This document shows, one piece after another, positions 26,361 through 35,842 of a stretch of 64,000 nt of DNA. The number at the start of each line of letters is the position of its first letter. Positions within the stretch are counted from its first letter, which is position 1. The stretch is from Burkholderiales bacterium (lineage in GTDB: Bacteria; Pseudomonadota; Gammaproteobacteria; Burkholderiales; JACQAP01), in assembly GCA_035549715.1 (NCBI GenBank), contig DASZQJ010000096.1:5006-69005 (forward strand), read 5' to 3'. Both the position numbers and the translations under genes were made by a program. The notes under the pieces were generated by a model. That model was not told the origin of the DNA and made no database searches. It worked only from the letters and a program-made list of their open reading frames with translations.

Positions 26361-27488
26361 TCAGCGCCCGCCCTCGGCGATGGCGGAGGCGGGTTCGAGG
26401 AAACGCGGCAGCCAGCCGTTGTCGACCAGCTTCTTGACCGGACGCGGCAGGCCGCGCGGATGGCCGGTGTCGACGTCCACGGTGACGGTCATGCCGGCGC
26501 GCAGCTGCTGCGGGCCCGGTGCGTGCTCGACCTTGATGCGCACGGGGATGCGCTGCACCACCTTCACCCAGTTGCCGGTGGCGTTCTGCGGCGGCAGCAC
26601 GGCGAACTCGGCGCCGCTGGCCGGGGCGATCGTCTCGACCACGGCGGGCCACTGCCGGTCCGGATAGGCATCCGCGACGACCACCGCGCGCTGGCCGGGC
26701 GCCATGTACGTGAGCTGGGTCTCCTTGAAGTTGGCCTCCACCCAGAGCGGCCCGCTTTCGATCAGGCTGAACATGGGCGCGCCCTTCTCCACGTACTCGC
26801 CGACCTGCAGCTTCATGTTGCTCACGATGCCCGCCACCGGCGCCTTGATCTCGGCCCGGCGCAGGTCGAGCATCGCCGCGTCGTACGCGGCGCGCGCCTC
26901 CTGGAAGCGCGGCAGGCGCTCGGCCGGCAGCGCCGGATCGCCCAGCAGCGCGGCGAGCACGCGGTTGGATTTCTCGCTGATGCTGTCCAGGCGCCGGCGC
27001 GCGGCCTCGACGTTGTGGCGGGCTTCGTCGTACGTGTCGCCGCGCGTCATGCCCTTTTCCTTCAGGTACTGTTGGCGCTCGAACTGGCGCACCAGGAAAT
27101 CGATGCGGCTGCGCATTTCCGCGGCCTCCTGCAGCGTCTCGCGGTACTCGGCGCGCAGTTGCTGCGCGTCGGAACGCACCACGTCCATCTGGGCGCGCGC
27201 GCCGTCGATGGCGATCCGGTAGGGCTCGGGGTCGAGCCGGAACAGCACGTCGCCGCGTGCCACCGGCTGGTTGTCCTCAACGACGACCTCGATCACCCGG
27301 CCCGTCACCGCCGAGCTGATGGCCACGATGTTCGCCTTCACGTACGCGTTGTCCGTCTCGACCTCCTGTCCGCCCGTGGCATAGACGTACAGGCCGGCCA
27401 GCGCCGCCGCCAGCGGGAGGACGAACAACAGCAGCACGCGCACCAGGCGGTGCACGGCGATCACGGCGCGGCCGGGGCTCCCGTCCAT
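26361..27488 (-). CDS. emrA: HlyD-family membrane fusion protein (EmrA-like)
   Basis: ATG at 27488 lies 1 nt after the marR stop. Single TM, then TDNAYVKANIVAISSAVTGRV, a coiled-coil and beta-barrel regions. Confidence 0.85.
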   Translation of the reverse strand: MDGSPGRAVIAVHRLVRVLLLFVLPLAAALAGLYVYATGGQEVETDNAYVKANIVAISSAVTGRVIEVVVEDNQPVARGDVLFRLDPEPYRIAIDGARAQMDVVRSDAQQLRAEYRETLQEAAEMRSRIDFLVRQFERQQYLKEKGMTRGDTYDEARHNVEAARRRLDSISEKSNRVLAALLGDPALPAERLPRFQEARAAYDAAMLDLRRAEIKAPVAGIVSNMKLQVGEYVEKGAPMFSLIESGPLWVEANFKETQLTYMAPGQRAVVVADAYPDRQWPAVVETIAPASGAEFAVLPPQNATGNWVKVVQRIPVRIKVEHAPGPQQLRAGMTVTVDVDTGHPRGLPRPVKKLVDNGWLPRFLEPASAIAEGGR

Positions 27489-27489
27489 G

Positions 27490-27978
27490 TCAGCGCTTGC
27501 GCCTCCCGTTGCCGGCGGCAGCGCCGTTGTCGCCGCGGTTGCCGTCCAGGCGCGCGAGGTTGGCCTTGATGGACAGCAGCGCATCCACGAACTGGTCCTG
27601 CTGCGCCACGGCCAGGCCGGCGACGGCTTCGCGCCGGATCTCCGCGGCCGCGGCCCGCATCGCCTTGAGGGCCGGCTCCACCTCCTCGGTCAGGAAGACG
27701 CGCTTGGCGCGCCGGTCGCCGGCATGTCCCTCGCGGCGCACCCAGCCCTTTTGCTCCATGCGGTCGAGCAGGCGCCCGAGGGTCGCCTTTTTCACTTCCA
27801 GGATCTCGGCGAGCTCGGACTGCGTGACGCCGTCGTTGCGGAACAGGTGGTTGAGCACCCACCACTGCGAGCGGGTGAACCCCAGGGCCTTCACCCGGCG
27901 GTCGAACGTCGTGCGCATGAGCCGCGCCACGTCGTTGAGGAGGAAGCCGAAATTGCGGGACAGGTCTTCGCGGAACAT
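27490..27978 (-). CDS. MarR family transcriptional regulator
   Basis: 162 aa. Winged-helix core LGFTRSQWWVLNHLFRNDGVTQSELAEILEVKKATLGRLLDRMEQKGWVRR. Confidence 0.85.
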   Translation of the reverse strand: MFREDLSRNFGFLLNDVARLMRTTFDRRVKALGFTRSQWWVLNHLFRNDGVTQSELAEILEVKKATLGRLLDRMEQKGWVRREGHAGDRRAKRVFLTEEVEPALKAMRAAAAEIRREAVAGLAVAQQDQFVDALLSIKANLARLDGNRGDNGAAAGNGRRKR

Positions 27979-28096
27979 GGGTCTTCCCGGGATGCAGGCC
28001 GGGCATTCTACCGCGAATTAGTTGCCTGGCTTACCATATGCCAGGCAACCAACGGCGGCCGCTGCTAGAATTCTGCTCCAGGAGGAACTGCCCGCA

Positions 28097-29311
28097 ATGA
28101 AAATAACGGCCGTCGAAACCCTCAACCTCGCCGAATTCCCCAACGTCCTCTGGGTGCAGATCCACACCGACGCCGGCATCGTCGGCCTCGGCGAGACTTT
28201 CTATGCCGTCGCCCCGGTCGCCGAGCACATCCACCAGACCGGCGCCGACTACCTGCTCGGCAAGAACCCGCTGGAGATCGACAAGCACAGCCGCTATTTC
28301 CTGAACTCCTACCTGGGGTTCAACAGCGTCGGCGTGGAAATGCGCGCGGCCTCCGCGATCGACATCGCGCTCTGGGACCTGTTCGGCCAGGCCACCGGCC
28401 AGCCGATCTACCAGCTCCTCGGCGGCGCTTCCCACGACAAGGTGCGCGTCTACAACACCTGCGCCGGCTACCAGTACGTGCGCGCCAGGCCGGTCCAGGG
28501 CACGGCGAATTTCGGCCTGCCGGCAAAAGCGGACAGGAAAAAACCCTACGAAGACCTGATGGCCTTCAAGACCGACGCCGGGACGCTCGCGAAATCCCTG
28601 CTCGACATGGGCATCACCGGCATGAAGATCTGGCCCTTCGACGAGGCCGCGGAAGCCTCCAACGGCACCTACATCTCCAACGCCGACCTGAAGAAGTGCC
28701 TCAAGCCTTTCGAGCAGATCCGCAAGGCCGTGGGCGACAGGATGGACATCCATGTGGAATTCCACTCGATGTGGAACCTGCCCACCGCCATCCGCATCGC
28801 CGAGGCACTCGAACCGTTCGACCCGTTCTGGTACGAAGACCCGATCAAGATGAACAACCTCGATGCGCTCGCCGACTACGCGCATCGGACCAACGTCTGG
28901 GTCACGGCCTCGGAAACGCTGGGCACGCGCTGGGGCTTTCGCGAGCTGTTCCAGAAGCAGGCCGTCTCCGTGTGCATGCTCGACGTGGGCTGGACCGGCG
29001 GCCTGTCGGAATCGAAGAAAATCGCCACCATGGCCGAGGCGCATGCCCTGCCCGTGGCCCCGCACGACTGCACCGGCCCGATCCTGCTGACGGCCTCGGT
29101 GCACCTGTCGATGAACTGCCCGAACACCCTGGTGCAGGAAATGGTGCGCGCCTTTTACTACGACTGGTACCCGCAGCTGGTGACCCAGCTGCCGCCCGTG
29201 AAGGACGGCTACATCACCGCCCCGAAGGGGCCGGGCCTGGGCACGAAGCTGCAGCCTTCGGTGTTCAAGCGCAAGGACCTCACCCGCCGCATCAGCCGGC
29301 TGAAGAAATAG
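28097..29311 (+). CDS. Enolase-superfamily enzyme (mandelate racemase/muconate lactonizing enzyme family, acid-sugar dehydratase-like)
   Basis: ATG at 28097 gives 404 aa. MKITAVETL...VQIHTDAGIVGLGE capping domain, with metal-ligand contexts DIHVEFH, WYEDP and the barrel region. Confidence 0.85.
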   Translation: MKITAVETLNLAEFPNVLWVQIHTDAGIVGLGETFYAVAPVAEHIHQTGADYLLGKNPLEIDKHSRYFLNSYLGFNSVGVEMRAASAIDIALWDLFGQATGQPIYQLLGGASHDKVRVYNTCAGYQYVRARPVQGTANFGLPAKADRKKPYEDLMAFKTDAGTLAKSLLDMGITGMKIWPFDEAAEASNGTYISNADLKKCLKPFEQIRKAVGDRMDIHVEFHSMWNLPTAIRIAEALEPFDPFWYEDPIKMNNLDALADYAHRTNVWVTASETLGTRWGFRELFQKQAVSVCMLDVGWTGGLSESKKIATMAEAHALPVAPHDCTGPILLTASVHLSMNCPNTLVQEMVRAFYYDWYPQLVTQLPPVKDGYITAPKGPGLGTKLQPSVFKRKDLTRRISRLKK

Positions 29312-29319
29312 GAATCGAC

Positions 29320-29643
29320 ATGACCGCAACCACCGATCCCCGCGTCCTGATCCTCGCCCCCGACGACAACGTCGCCATCGCCAAGTCCGACCTCGCCGCC
29401 GGCACGCCCCTGACGGTCATGGGCCGGCCGGTCACCCTCAAGGCGAAGGCGCTGGTCGGCCACAAGTTCGCGTTCAAGCCGGTGAAAAAGGGCGAAACCA
29501 TCGTCAAGTACGGCGCGCCGATCGGCATCGCCACGGCCGACATCGCCCCCGGTGACCCGATGCACATCCACAACGTCACCAGCGACTACATCCCCACCTA
29601 CACCCTCGACGAGGGCCACCAGTTCTTCAAGGAAGGGCACTGA
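29320..29643 (+). CDS. UxaA-family hydro-lyase small subunit (SAF domain; SuyA/altronate dehydratase N-terminal-like)
   Basis: 107 aa. LILAPDDNVAIAKSDLAAGT...GHKFAFKPVKKGETIVKYGAPIG.A...I.PGD.MHIHN is the SAF-domain pattern of UxaA/GarD N-termini. Confidence 0.8.
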   Translation: MTATTDPRVLILAPDDNVAIAKSDLAAGTPLTVMGRPVTLKAKALVGHKFAFKPVKKGETIVKYGAPIGIATADIAPGDPMHIHNVTSDYIPTYTLDEGHQFFKEGH

Positions 29644-29644
29644 G

Positions 29645-30841
29645 ATGATCAACGCATACCTGCGCGCGGACGGCCGCAAGGGCATCCGCAACACCCTGGT
29701 CGTGGCCTACCTGGTCGAGTGCGCCCACCACGTGTCGCGCGAGATCTACCATCCGTTCCGGGACAAGGGGGTGCACCTGATCGGTTTCCCGGGCTGCTTC
29801 CCGAACGTGTACTCGCACAAGATGATGGAACGCCTGTGCACCCACCCGAACGTCGGCGGCGCGCTGCTGGTGTCGCTGGGCTGCGAAGGCTTCAACAAGG
29901 GCAAGCTGCAGGAAACCATCCGCAAGTCGGGCCGGCCGGTGAAGCTGCTCGAGATCCAGGGTACCGGCGGCACGCGCAAGACCATCGCCGAGGGTTCGGC
30001 GTGGATCGAACAGACGCTGAAGCAGCTCGAAGACACCCCGCGCACGGCCATGGGCCTCGACGAACTGATCGTCGGCACCATCTGCGGCGGCTCGGACGCG
30101 ACCAGCGGGCTCACCGCCAACCCGGCCATGGGCCGCGCCTTCGACTTCCTGGTCGAGAAGGACGCCACCTGCATTTTCGAGGAAACCGGCGAGCTGATCG
30201 GGATGGAGCACTGGATGGCCCGGCGCGCCGAGAACCCGGTGCTGGGCGAGGAGATCGTCAAGACCGTCGCCAAGGCCGCGAAGTATTACGCGACCTACGG
30301 CCACGCCAGCATCGGGCCGGGCAATGCGGACGGCGGCCTCACCACGATCGAGGAAAAATCCCTCGGTGCCTATGCCAAGTCCGGGCAGTCGGTCATCTCC
30401 GGCATCATCAAGCCGGGCGACGTCCCCATCAAGGGCGGCCTGTACCTGCTCGACGTCGTCCCGGACGGCGAGCCCCTGTTCGGCTTTCCCAACATCAGCG
30501 ATAACGCCGAGATCGCCGAGCTCATGGCCTGCGGGAGCCACCTGAGCCTGTTCTCCACGGGGCGCGGCTCGGTGGTGGGCTCGGCCATCGCCCCCGTGAT
30601 CAAGGTCTGCGCCAACCCGGAAACCTACAAGCGCATGTCCGACGACATGGACGTCGACGCCGGCCGCATCCTCGAAGGCCGCGCGACGCTGGATGAAGTC
30701 GGCCGCGAGATCTATGACCTGATCCTGCGCGTGGCCAACGGCGAGCAGACCCGGTCGGAAGCCCTGGGCCACCAGGAATTCATCCTGACCTACAAGAGCT
30801 TCGAGCCCATCGGGCCGGCCTGTTTCCCCTCGGCGGCGTAG
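29645..30841 (+). CDS. UxaA-family hydro-lyase large subunit (SuyB/altronate dehydratase C-terminal-like)
   Basis: 398 aa, starting 1 nt after the previous stop. YLRADGRKGIRN, LGCEG and GTICGGSDATSG are motifs of the altronate/galactarate dehydratase C-domain. Confidence 0.85.
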   Translation: MINAYLRADGRKGIRNTLVVAYLVECAHHVSREIYHPFRDKGVHLIGFPGCFPNVYSHKMMERLCTHPNVGGALLVSLGCEGFNKGKLQETIRKSGRPVKLLEIQGTGGTRKTIAEGSAWIEQTLKQLEDTPRTAMGLDELIVGTICGGSDATSGLTANPAMGRAFDFLVEKDATCIFEETGELIGMEHWMARRAENPVLGEEIVKTVAKAAKYYATYGHASIGPGNADGGLTTIEEKSLGAYAKSGQSVISGIIKPGDVPIKGGLYLLDVVPDGEPLFGFPNISDNAEIAELMACGSHLSLFSTGRGSVVGSAIAPVIKVCANPETYKRMSDDMDVDAGRILEGRATLDEVGREIYDLILRVANGEQTRSEALGHQEFILTYKSFEPIGPACFPSAA

Positions 30842-30852
30842 GCGCGAAAAGG

Positions 30853-30876
30853 CCGGGGAGGCGCAGGCCTCCCCGG
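30853..30876. terminator. GC-rich hairpin between convergent genes (possible bidirectional terminator)
   Basis: CCGGGGAGGC gcag GCCTCCCCGG is a perfect 10-bp stem. There is a weak U-run only on the minus-strand side (ccttttc). Confidence 0.5.
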
Positions 30877-30929
30877 AAGATGGCGCGAGGACCCGGGAGA
30901 GAGTCGCGGAATGCGCCTGAAGCCTTCGA

Positions 30930-31679
30930 TCAGCGGGCGCCGCCGGAGGCGGTGATCCTTTCGCCCGTCAGCCAGCGGGAATCATCCGAAGCCAGGAAGA
31001 CGGCCACCTGGGCAATGTCATCCGGCTGGCCATGGCGGCCGAGCGGTGTGGTGGCGACGACCTGCTTCTGGAAGTCGCTGCCGATGATCCCGGCGCTGTG
31101 GACACCTTCGGTTTCCACCAGCCCGGGGGCGATGGTATTGACGCGGATCCTGCGCGCGCCCAGTTCCGCGGAGAGCACGCGCGTGACGCTGTCGACCGCG
31201 CTCTTGGTCGCGGAATAGACGACCGAATTGGGCAGGTTCGCCTGGCTTGCGACCGAGCCGATGTTGATCACGCTGCCGCCGTTCGGGTTGAAGTGCCCCA
31301 GGGCCTCCTGGGTCGCAAGGAGGGTGCCCAGGACGTTGGTGTCGAACTGGCGGCGGAACTCCGCCTCCGTCACGGCTTCCACGGGCTCGAACTTGTAGAT
31401 GCCGGCGTTGTTCACCAGCACGTCGACGTTGCCGAAGGCCTTCTTCGTTTCCTCGAACAGTTTTTTCACGTCCGCGGGGCGCGACACGTCGCCCTGCACG
31501 GCCACTGCCTTGCCGCCCTGCTTCGAAATCTCGGCGACGACCTTGTCCGCGCCCTCGCGGCTGGACGAGTAATTCACCACCACCGCGGCGCCTTCGGCCG
31601 CGAGGCTTTTCGCGATGCCCGCGCCGATGCCCTTGGACGCCCCGGTCACGACGGCCACTTTCCCGGCAAGCTTGCCCAT
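30930..31679 (-). CDS. SDR-family oxidoreductase
   Basis: ATG at 31679 with GGAGGG Shine-Dalgarno. MGKLAGKVAVVTGASKGIGAGIA (TGxxxGxG), NNAG, and the YSATK catalytic motif. Confidence 0.85.
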   Translation of the reverse strand: MGKLAGKVAVVTGASKGIGAGIAKSLAAEGAAVVVNYSSSREGADKVVAEISKQGGKAVAVQGDVSRPADVKKLFEETKKAFGNVDVLVNNAGIYKFEPVEAVTEAEFRRQFDTNVLGTLLATQEALGHFNPNGGSVINIGSVASQANLPNSVVYSATKSAVDSVTRVLSAELGARRIRVNTIAPGLVETEGVHSAGIIGSDFQKQVVATTPLGRHGQPDDIAQVAVFLASDDSRWLTGERITASGGAR

Positions 31680-31776
31680 GTTGCCCTCCATTGATGAGTT
31701 GACGTCATTGTTCGACGTTTCGATAATCATCGAACTATAGGAGGCGCCTGTCAAGGGGTCTTGCAGTCCGATCCGG

Positions 31777-32070
31777 TCAGATGCTGGAAAGGCGGTCCAG
31801 GTAGGCCCGCAGGACGTCGCGCAACAACACGATATTCATGTACTTGCCTTCCTTTTCCGTATGGATCAGGCCGGCGTTCTCCAGCTCCTTGATGTGGTGC
31901 GACAGGGTCGCCGGGCTGATGTCGTTGCTCTCGCGGATGGTGCTGCACGCGAGCGTGCCGTCGGCCGCGCCGATCTGCCGGAGGATCTCGTAGCGGCGCG
32001 GCTCGGCCAGTGCCCGTGAGATGCGGGCGAACTGCTTGTCGGTGAGGCGGATGTCCTTTGGGGAAGCCAT
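31777..32070 (-). CDS. ArsR/SmtB family transcriptional regulator
   Basis: 97 aa. [14 protein letters not shown]...[19 protein letters not shown] helix-turn-helix. Confidence 0.85.
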   Translation of the reverse strand: MASPKDIRLTDKQFARISRALAEPRRYEILRQIGAADGTLACSTIRESNDISPATLSHHIKELENAGLIHTEKEGKYMNIVLLRDVLRAYLDRLSSI

Positions 32071-32107
32071 GCCGTTTCGCCCAATCGCGGCGGGGAAGAT
32101 GCCGCCA

Positions 32108-33376
32108 TTATGCCTGCGCCCCCCGGAGCAGGCCGAAGAACACGTAGCATACCGCGGCCCCGACGAAGCACATCGCGATCCCCCACGCGAGCATCTGGTT
32201 GAACAGGCGCTTGCGGTCGACTTCCGGCGCGGCGTTGGAGATGCACAAGGCCCCCAGCGTCGACAGCGGCGACACGTCGACGAGGTGGGCGCCGACGTTG
32301 ATCGAGGAGGCGATGGCGAGCGCGTCGCCCCCGCCGAGCTTTTCGATCAGCCCCGGGATCGTGGGCAGGAAGGCCGGCAGGACCACGCCGGAAGAACTGC
32401 TGTAGACGGAGATCACGCCGGTCACCAGGGCGATCACCGCGGTGATGCTCTGCGGACCGGACAGCGACGACAGCAGCGAGGTCAGCAATGCCATGCCGCC
32501 CGTCTTTTCCGCGACGCCGATCAGCACCGTGACGCCGCAGACCATCAGGGTCACGCTCCACGGCATGTCCTTCAGCGCCCGCTTCTCGTCGGCGGCACGG
32601 GCCAGGGAAACGACCGCCGCGCCGACGAAGGCGCCGATGGTGATGTCGACCTTGAAGACCAGGACCGCGGCGATGAGCAGGCCGATCACCGCGAGGGTGA
32701 GCCTCTGCCGCCAGTCGAGCGGCGCAAGCTCCGGCTCCAGGCCCTCGAGCGCCACCGGCGCCCTGCCCTCGCGCAGCAGGCGCGTCCCGCCCAGCAGGAA
32801 ATAGCCGCCGAAGCCCACGAAGGCCTGTGAGAACAGCAGGCCGAGGTAGTTGCTCCACTGCGCGTCGGGGATGCCGATCCTGGCCATCAGGCCGTTGGCG
32901 ATGATGCCCGTGGGGGCGAACGGCGACAGCGCCCCGGCGTTCGCGCCGCAGCACACCATCAACGCCATGAGGAAAGCCGGGATGCGCGCACGCCCGGCAG
33001 CCGCCATGGCCACGGGCGCCAGCAGGGCCGTCGAGGCGATATTGCCCGGCCCGATGGACGCGAACACCAGCGCGAGCAGGAAGAACACGACGGGAATCAT
33101 GCCGGGCCGCCCGCGGGCATGGCGGACCGCCATCGCCGAGATCCGCTCGAGCGTGCCGTTCGCCCTTGCCTGCGAGAACAGCAGGGTCACGCCGACCAGC
33201 GTCAGGAACAGTCCGGCGGGGAATCCGGCGACCACGGCGCCCATCTTCATGCCCGCGAAGGGGATGCCGATCAGGAAGGCCGCGGCGATGGCGAGCACCC
33301 CGACATTGACGGGCAGGAAGCTGCCGGCGATGACGACGGCGGCGAGGGCAAGCAGGGAAATGACGGAAAGGTCCAT
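32108..33376 (-). CDS. Ion-transporter-superfamily permease (SLC13/CitT/ArsB/MatC-like anion carrier)
   Basis: ATG at 33376 gives 422 aa. Many TM segments with a two-fold internal repeat and SxGP/NxG hairpin-like motifs ([27 protein letters not shown]). Confidence 0.7.
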   Translation of the reverse strand: MDLSVISLLALAAVVIAGSFLPVNVGVLAIAAAFLIGIPFAGMKMGAVVAGFPAGLFLTLVGVTLLFSQARANGTLERISAMAVRHARGRPGMIPVVFFLLALVFASIGPGNIASTALLAPVAMAAAGRARIPAFLMALMVCCGANAGALSPFAPTGIIANGLMARIGIPDAQWSNYLGLLFSQAFVGFGGYFLLGGTRLLREGRAPVALEGLEPELAPLDWRQRLTLAVIGLLIAAVLVFKVDITIGAFVGAAVVSLARAADEKRALKDMPWSVTLMVCGVTVLIGVAEKTGGMALLTSLLSSLSGPQSITAVIALVTGVISVYSSSSGVVLPAFLPTIPGLIEKLGGGDALAIASSINVGAHLVDVSPLSTLGALCISNAAPEVDRKRLFNQMLAWGIAMCFVGAAVCYVFFGLLRGAQA

Positions 33377-33452
33377 GGACGTTCTTGTTATCCGGGGTCC
33401 GCGTGCCGCGATGTTAGACTTTCGCGCACCCGTGATCCACACATTCCGGACC

Positions 33453-34049
33453 ATGAAAACCGTCGACTACTATTTTTCCCCGATGTCCCCCTGGACCTAC
33501 CTCGGCCACGCGCGCCTGGTCGAGATCGCGAAACGCCATGGCGCGGCCATCCGCGTCAAGCCGGTGGATTTCGGCCGGGTCTTTCCCGCCTCCGGCGGCC
33601 TGCCACTCGCCAAACGCGCACCCCAGCGCCAGGCTTACAGGCTCGTCGAGCTCAAGCGCTGGCAGACGCACCTGGGCGTGCCGCTGACGATCCAGCCGAA
33701 GTTCTTTCCCTACGACGCAACGCTGGCCTCCCACCTGATCCTGGCCGCGGACGCGAAGGATCCGAAGGCATCGCTGGACCTCGCCGGCGCGATCCTCAAG
33801 GGCTGCTGGGCGGAGGAGCGCAACATGGCCGACGAGGCCGAACTCGCCCGCGTTTGCCGGGCACAGGGGCTCGATGCCGACGGCCTCCTGGCCACGGCCC
33901 GGTCCGCCGAGGGACAGAAGCGCTACGCAGAACTGACGGAGGAAGCGATTGCCCTGCAGGTCTTCGGCGCGCCGACCTACGTGTACGAGGCGGAACTGTT
34001 CTGGGGCCAGGACCGGCTCGATTTCCTCGATCGCGCGCTCGCGGGGTAG
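33453..34049 (+). CDS. 2-hydroxychromene-2-carboxylate isomerase family (DsbA-like) protein
   Basis: 198 aa. VDYYFSPMSPWTYLG ... FGAPTYVYEAELFWGQDRLDFL are the hallmark N- and C-terminal motifs. Confidence 0.85.
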   Translation: MKTVDYYFSPMSPWTYLGHARLVEIAKRHGAAIRVKPVDFGRVFPASGGLPLAKRAPQRQAYRLVELKRWQTHLGVPLTIQPKFFPYDATLASHLILAADAKDPKASLDLAGAILKGCWAEERNMADEAELARVCRAQGLDADGLLATARSAEGQKRYAELTEEAIALQVFGAPTYVYEAELFWGQDRLDFLDRALAG

Positions 34050-34105
34050 GACATCCGCTTCCGCGGTTTGGTCACGCCGCCAGGATCGTCACGCGTCACG
34101 GGCCT

Positions 34106-35317
34106 TCAATCGCTGTCGTGGCGGCGCGCCTGGAAGCCCGCCGCTTCCAGCGCCGCGATGATCTGGCGCACGTGCTCGTGGCCGCGCGTCTGCAGCACGA
34201 AATCCACTTCCGCGGTCTGCACCGGCAGGCGCGTGAACGCGCGCTCGTGGTGGACTTCCTCGATGTTGGCGTTGGCCTGCGCCAGGCAGGCCGTCACCCG
34301 GGCCAGCGCCCCCGGCAGGTCGCGGAGCTGGACCTGCAGCCGCGTCAATCGTCCGGTGCGCACCATGCCGCGCTCGATGATGTCGGCCAGCGTGAGCGGG
34401 TCGATGTTTCCGCCCGACAATACGAGCCCCACGTTCCTGCCCGCGTAGCGGTCGCGGTGCCTGAGCAGGCCGGCCAGCGCCACCGCGCCGGCACCCTCGA
34501 CCACCGTCTTCTCGATCTCGAGCAGCAGCAGCATCGCCTCCTCGATGTCGCCCTCGCCCACGAGCAGGACGTCGTCGACGCAGCGGCGCACGATCTCCAG
34601 CGTCAGCTCGCCGGGCTGCTTCACCGCGATGCCCTCGGCGATGGTGGTCGCGCCGAACTCGGGCGTCTTCCCCTTCACCGCGCAGTACATGGACGGGAAG
34701 CGTTCGGTCTGCACGCCGACGACCTGGATGCCGGGCTTGACGCCCTTGGCGCCGATGGCGATGCCGGAGACGAGGCCGCCGCCCCCCAGGGGCACCAGCA
34801 GCACATCGAGGTTGGGCACCGCAGCGATCATCTCGAGGCCGATCGTGCCCTGGCCCGCGATCACCATCGGGTCGTCGTACGGATGCACCAGCGTCAGCCC
34901 GCGCGCGGCCATGACTTCGAATGCGTGCGCCTTGGCTTCGTCGAAATTCTCGCCGTGCAGGATGACTTCCGCGCCGAAGGCCCGGGTCTGTTCCACTTTC
35001 ACGTTGGGCGTGAAGCGGGGCATGACGATCACCGAGGGCATGCCCAGCCGGCTGGCATGGTAGGCCACGCCCTGCGCGTGGTTGCCCGCGGAAACCGCGA
35101 TGACGCCCGCTTCGCGCGCAGCGGCCTCCAGGCGAAGCAGCTTGTTGAGGGCGCCCCGCTCCTTGAAGGAGGCCGTGAACTGGTGGTTCTCGAACTTGAG
35201 CCAGACCCGGGCTCCGGCAATGGACGACAGCGTGCGCGACAGCAGGCACGGCGTCTCGATCACCGCGCCGGACAGGGCGCTTGCTGCACTGCGAATATCC
35301 TGGAGGGAGACGGGCAT
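34106..35317 (-). CDS. Threonine ammonia-lyase (threonine dehydratase) with C-terminal ACT-like domain
   Basis: 403 aa. PLP lysine context FENHQFTASFKERGALNKL, plus SAGNHAQG and GGGGL motifs. Confidence 0.9.
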   Translation of the reverse strand: MPVSLQDIRSAASALSGAVIETPCLLSRTLSSIAGARVWLKFENHQFTASFKERGALNKLLRLEAAAREAGVIAVSAGNHAQGVAYHASRLGMPSVIVMPRFTPNVKVEQTRAFGAEVILHGENFDEAKAHAFEVMAARGLTLVHPYDDPMVIAGQGTIGLEMIAAVPNLDVLLVPLGGGGLVSGIAIGAKGVKPGIQVVGVQTERFPSMYCAVKGKTPEFGATTIAEGIAVKQPGELTLEIVRRCVDDVLLVGEGDIEEAMLLLLEIEKTVVEGAGAVALAGLLRHRDRYAGRNVGLVLSGGNIDPLTLADIIERGMVRTGRLTRLQVQLRDLPGALARVTACLAQANANIEEVHHERAFTRLPVQTAEVDFVLQTRGHEHVRQIIAALEAAGFQARRHDSD

Positions 35318-35351
35318 GCTGATGGGGACCGAAAGCTGTCGCCGGCAGGCA

Positions 35352-35375
35352 ACAAAAAACCCGCCGCAGCGGGTC
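35352..35375 (-). terminator. Rho-independent terminator after the cold-shock gene
   Basis: Minus strand reads ACCCGC tgcg GCGGGT followed by TTTTTTG, about 25 nt after the csp stop. Confidence 0.7.
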
Positions 35376-35396
35376 TCTTGCCGGCGGGCCGCAGGC

Positions 35397-35600
35397 TCAG
35401 GCGGCCTGGATGTTGGAGGCCTGCTTGCCCTTGGGGCCCGTGGTGACCTCGAAGGATACCTTCTGGCCTTCCTTCAGGGTCTTGAATCCTTGCATATTGA
35501 TGGCGGAGAAGTGCGCGAACAGGTCATCTCCCCCGCCGTCCGGGGTGATGAAGCCGTAGCCCTTGGAATCGTTGAACCATTTCACAGTGCCGGTAGCCAT
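35397..35600 (-). CDS. Cold-shock protein (CspA family)
   Basis: 67 aa, [34 protein letters not shown]..., with RNP1 (KGYGFI) and RNP2 (LFAHF) motifs. Confidence 0.95.
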   Translation of the reverse strand: MATGTVKWFNDSKGYGFITPDGGGDDLFAHFSAINMQGFKTLKEGQKVSFEVTTGPKGKQASNIQAA

Positions 35601-35842
35601 GTCGAACTCCTCGATCTGGTTGAAGTGACGGGACGCACCCGATGTTGGAGTCACAAGTAAAGCGCGTATGGCATGACCCGATACCGAACACTTGCACTCG
35701 CGGCCGGCCTCGTCGGCCCGGCCTGGCAACACGCGCCCAATCATACGCCAACGGAAAAAAAAAGTGCTCGGGCGATCCCCCCGTCATGCGTTGCGTATTG
35801 TCACCGCACCGCGGCCGGCAAGGCCGCTAGAATGGCCGGGAC

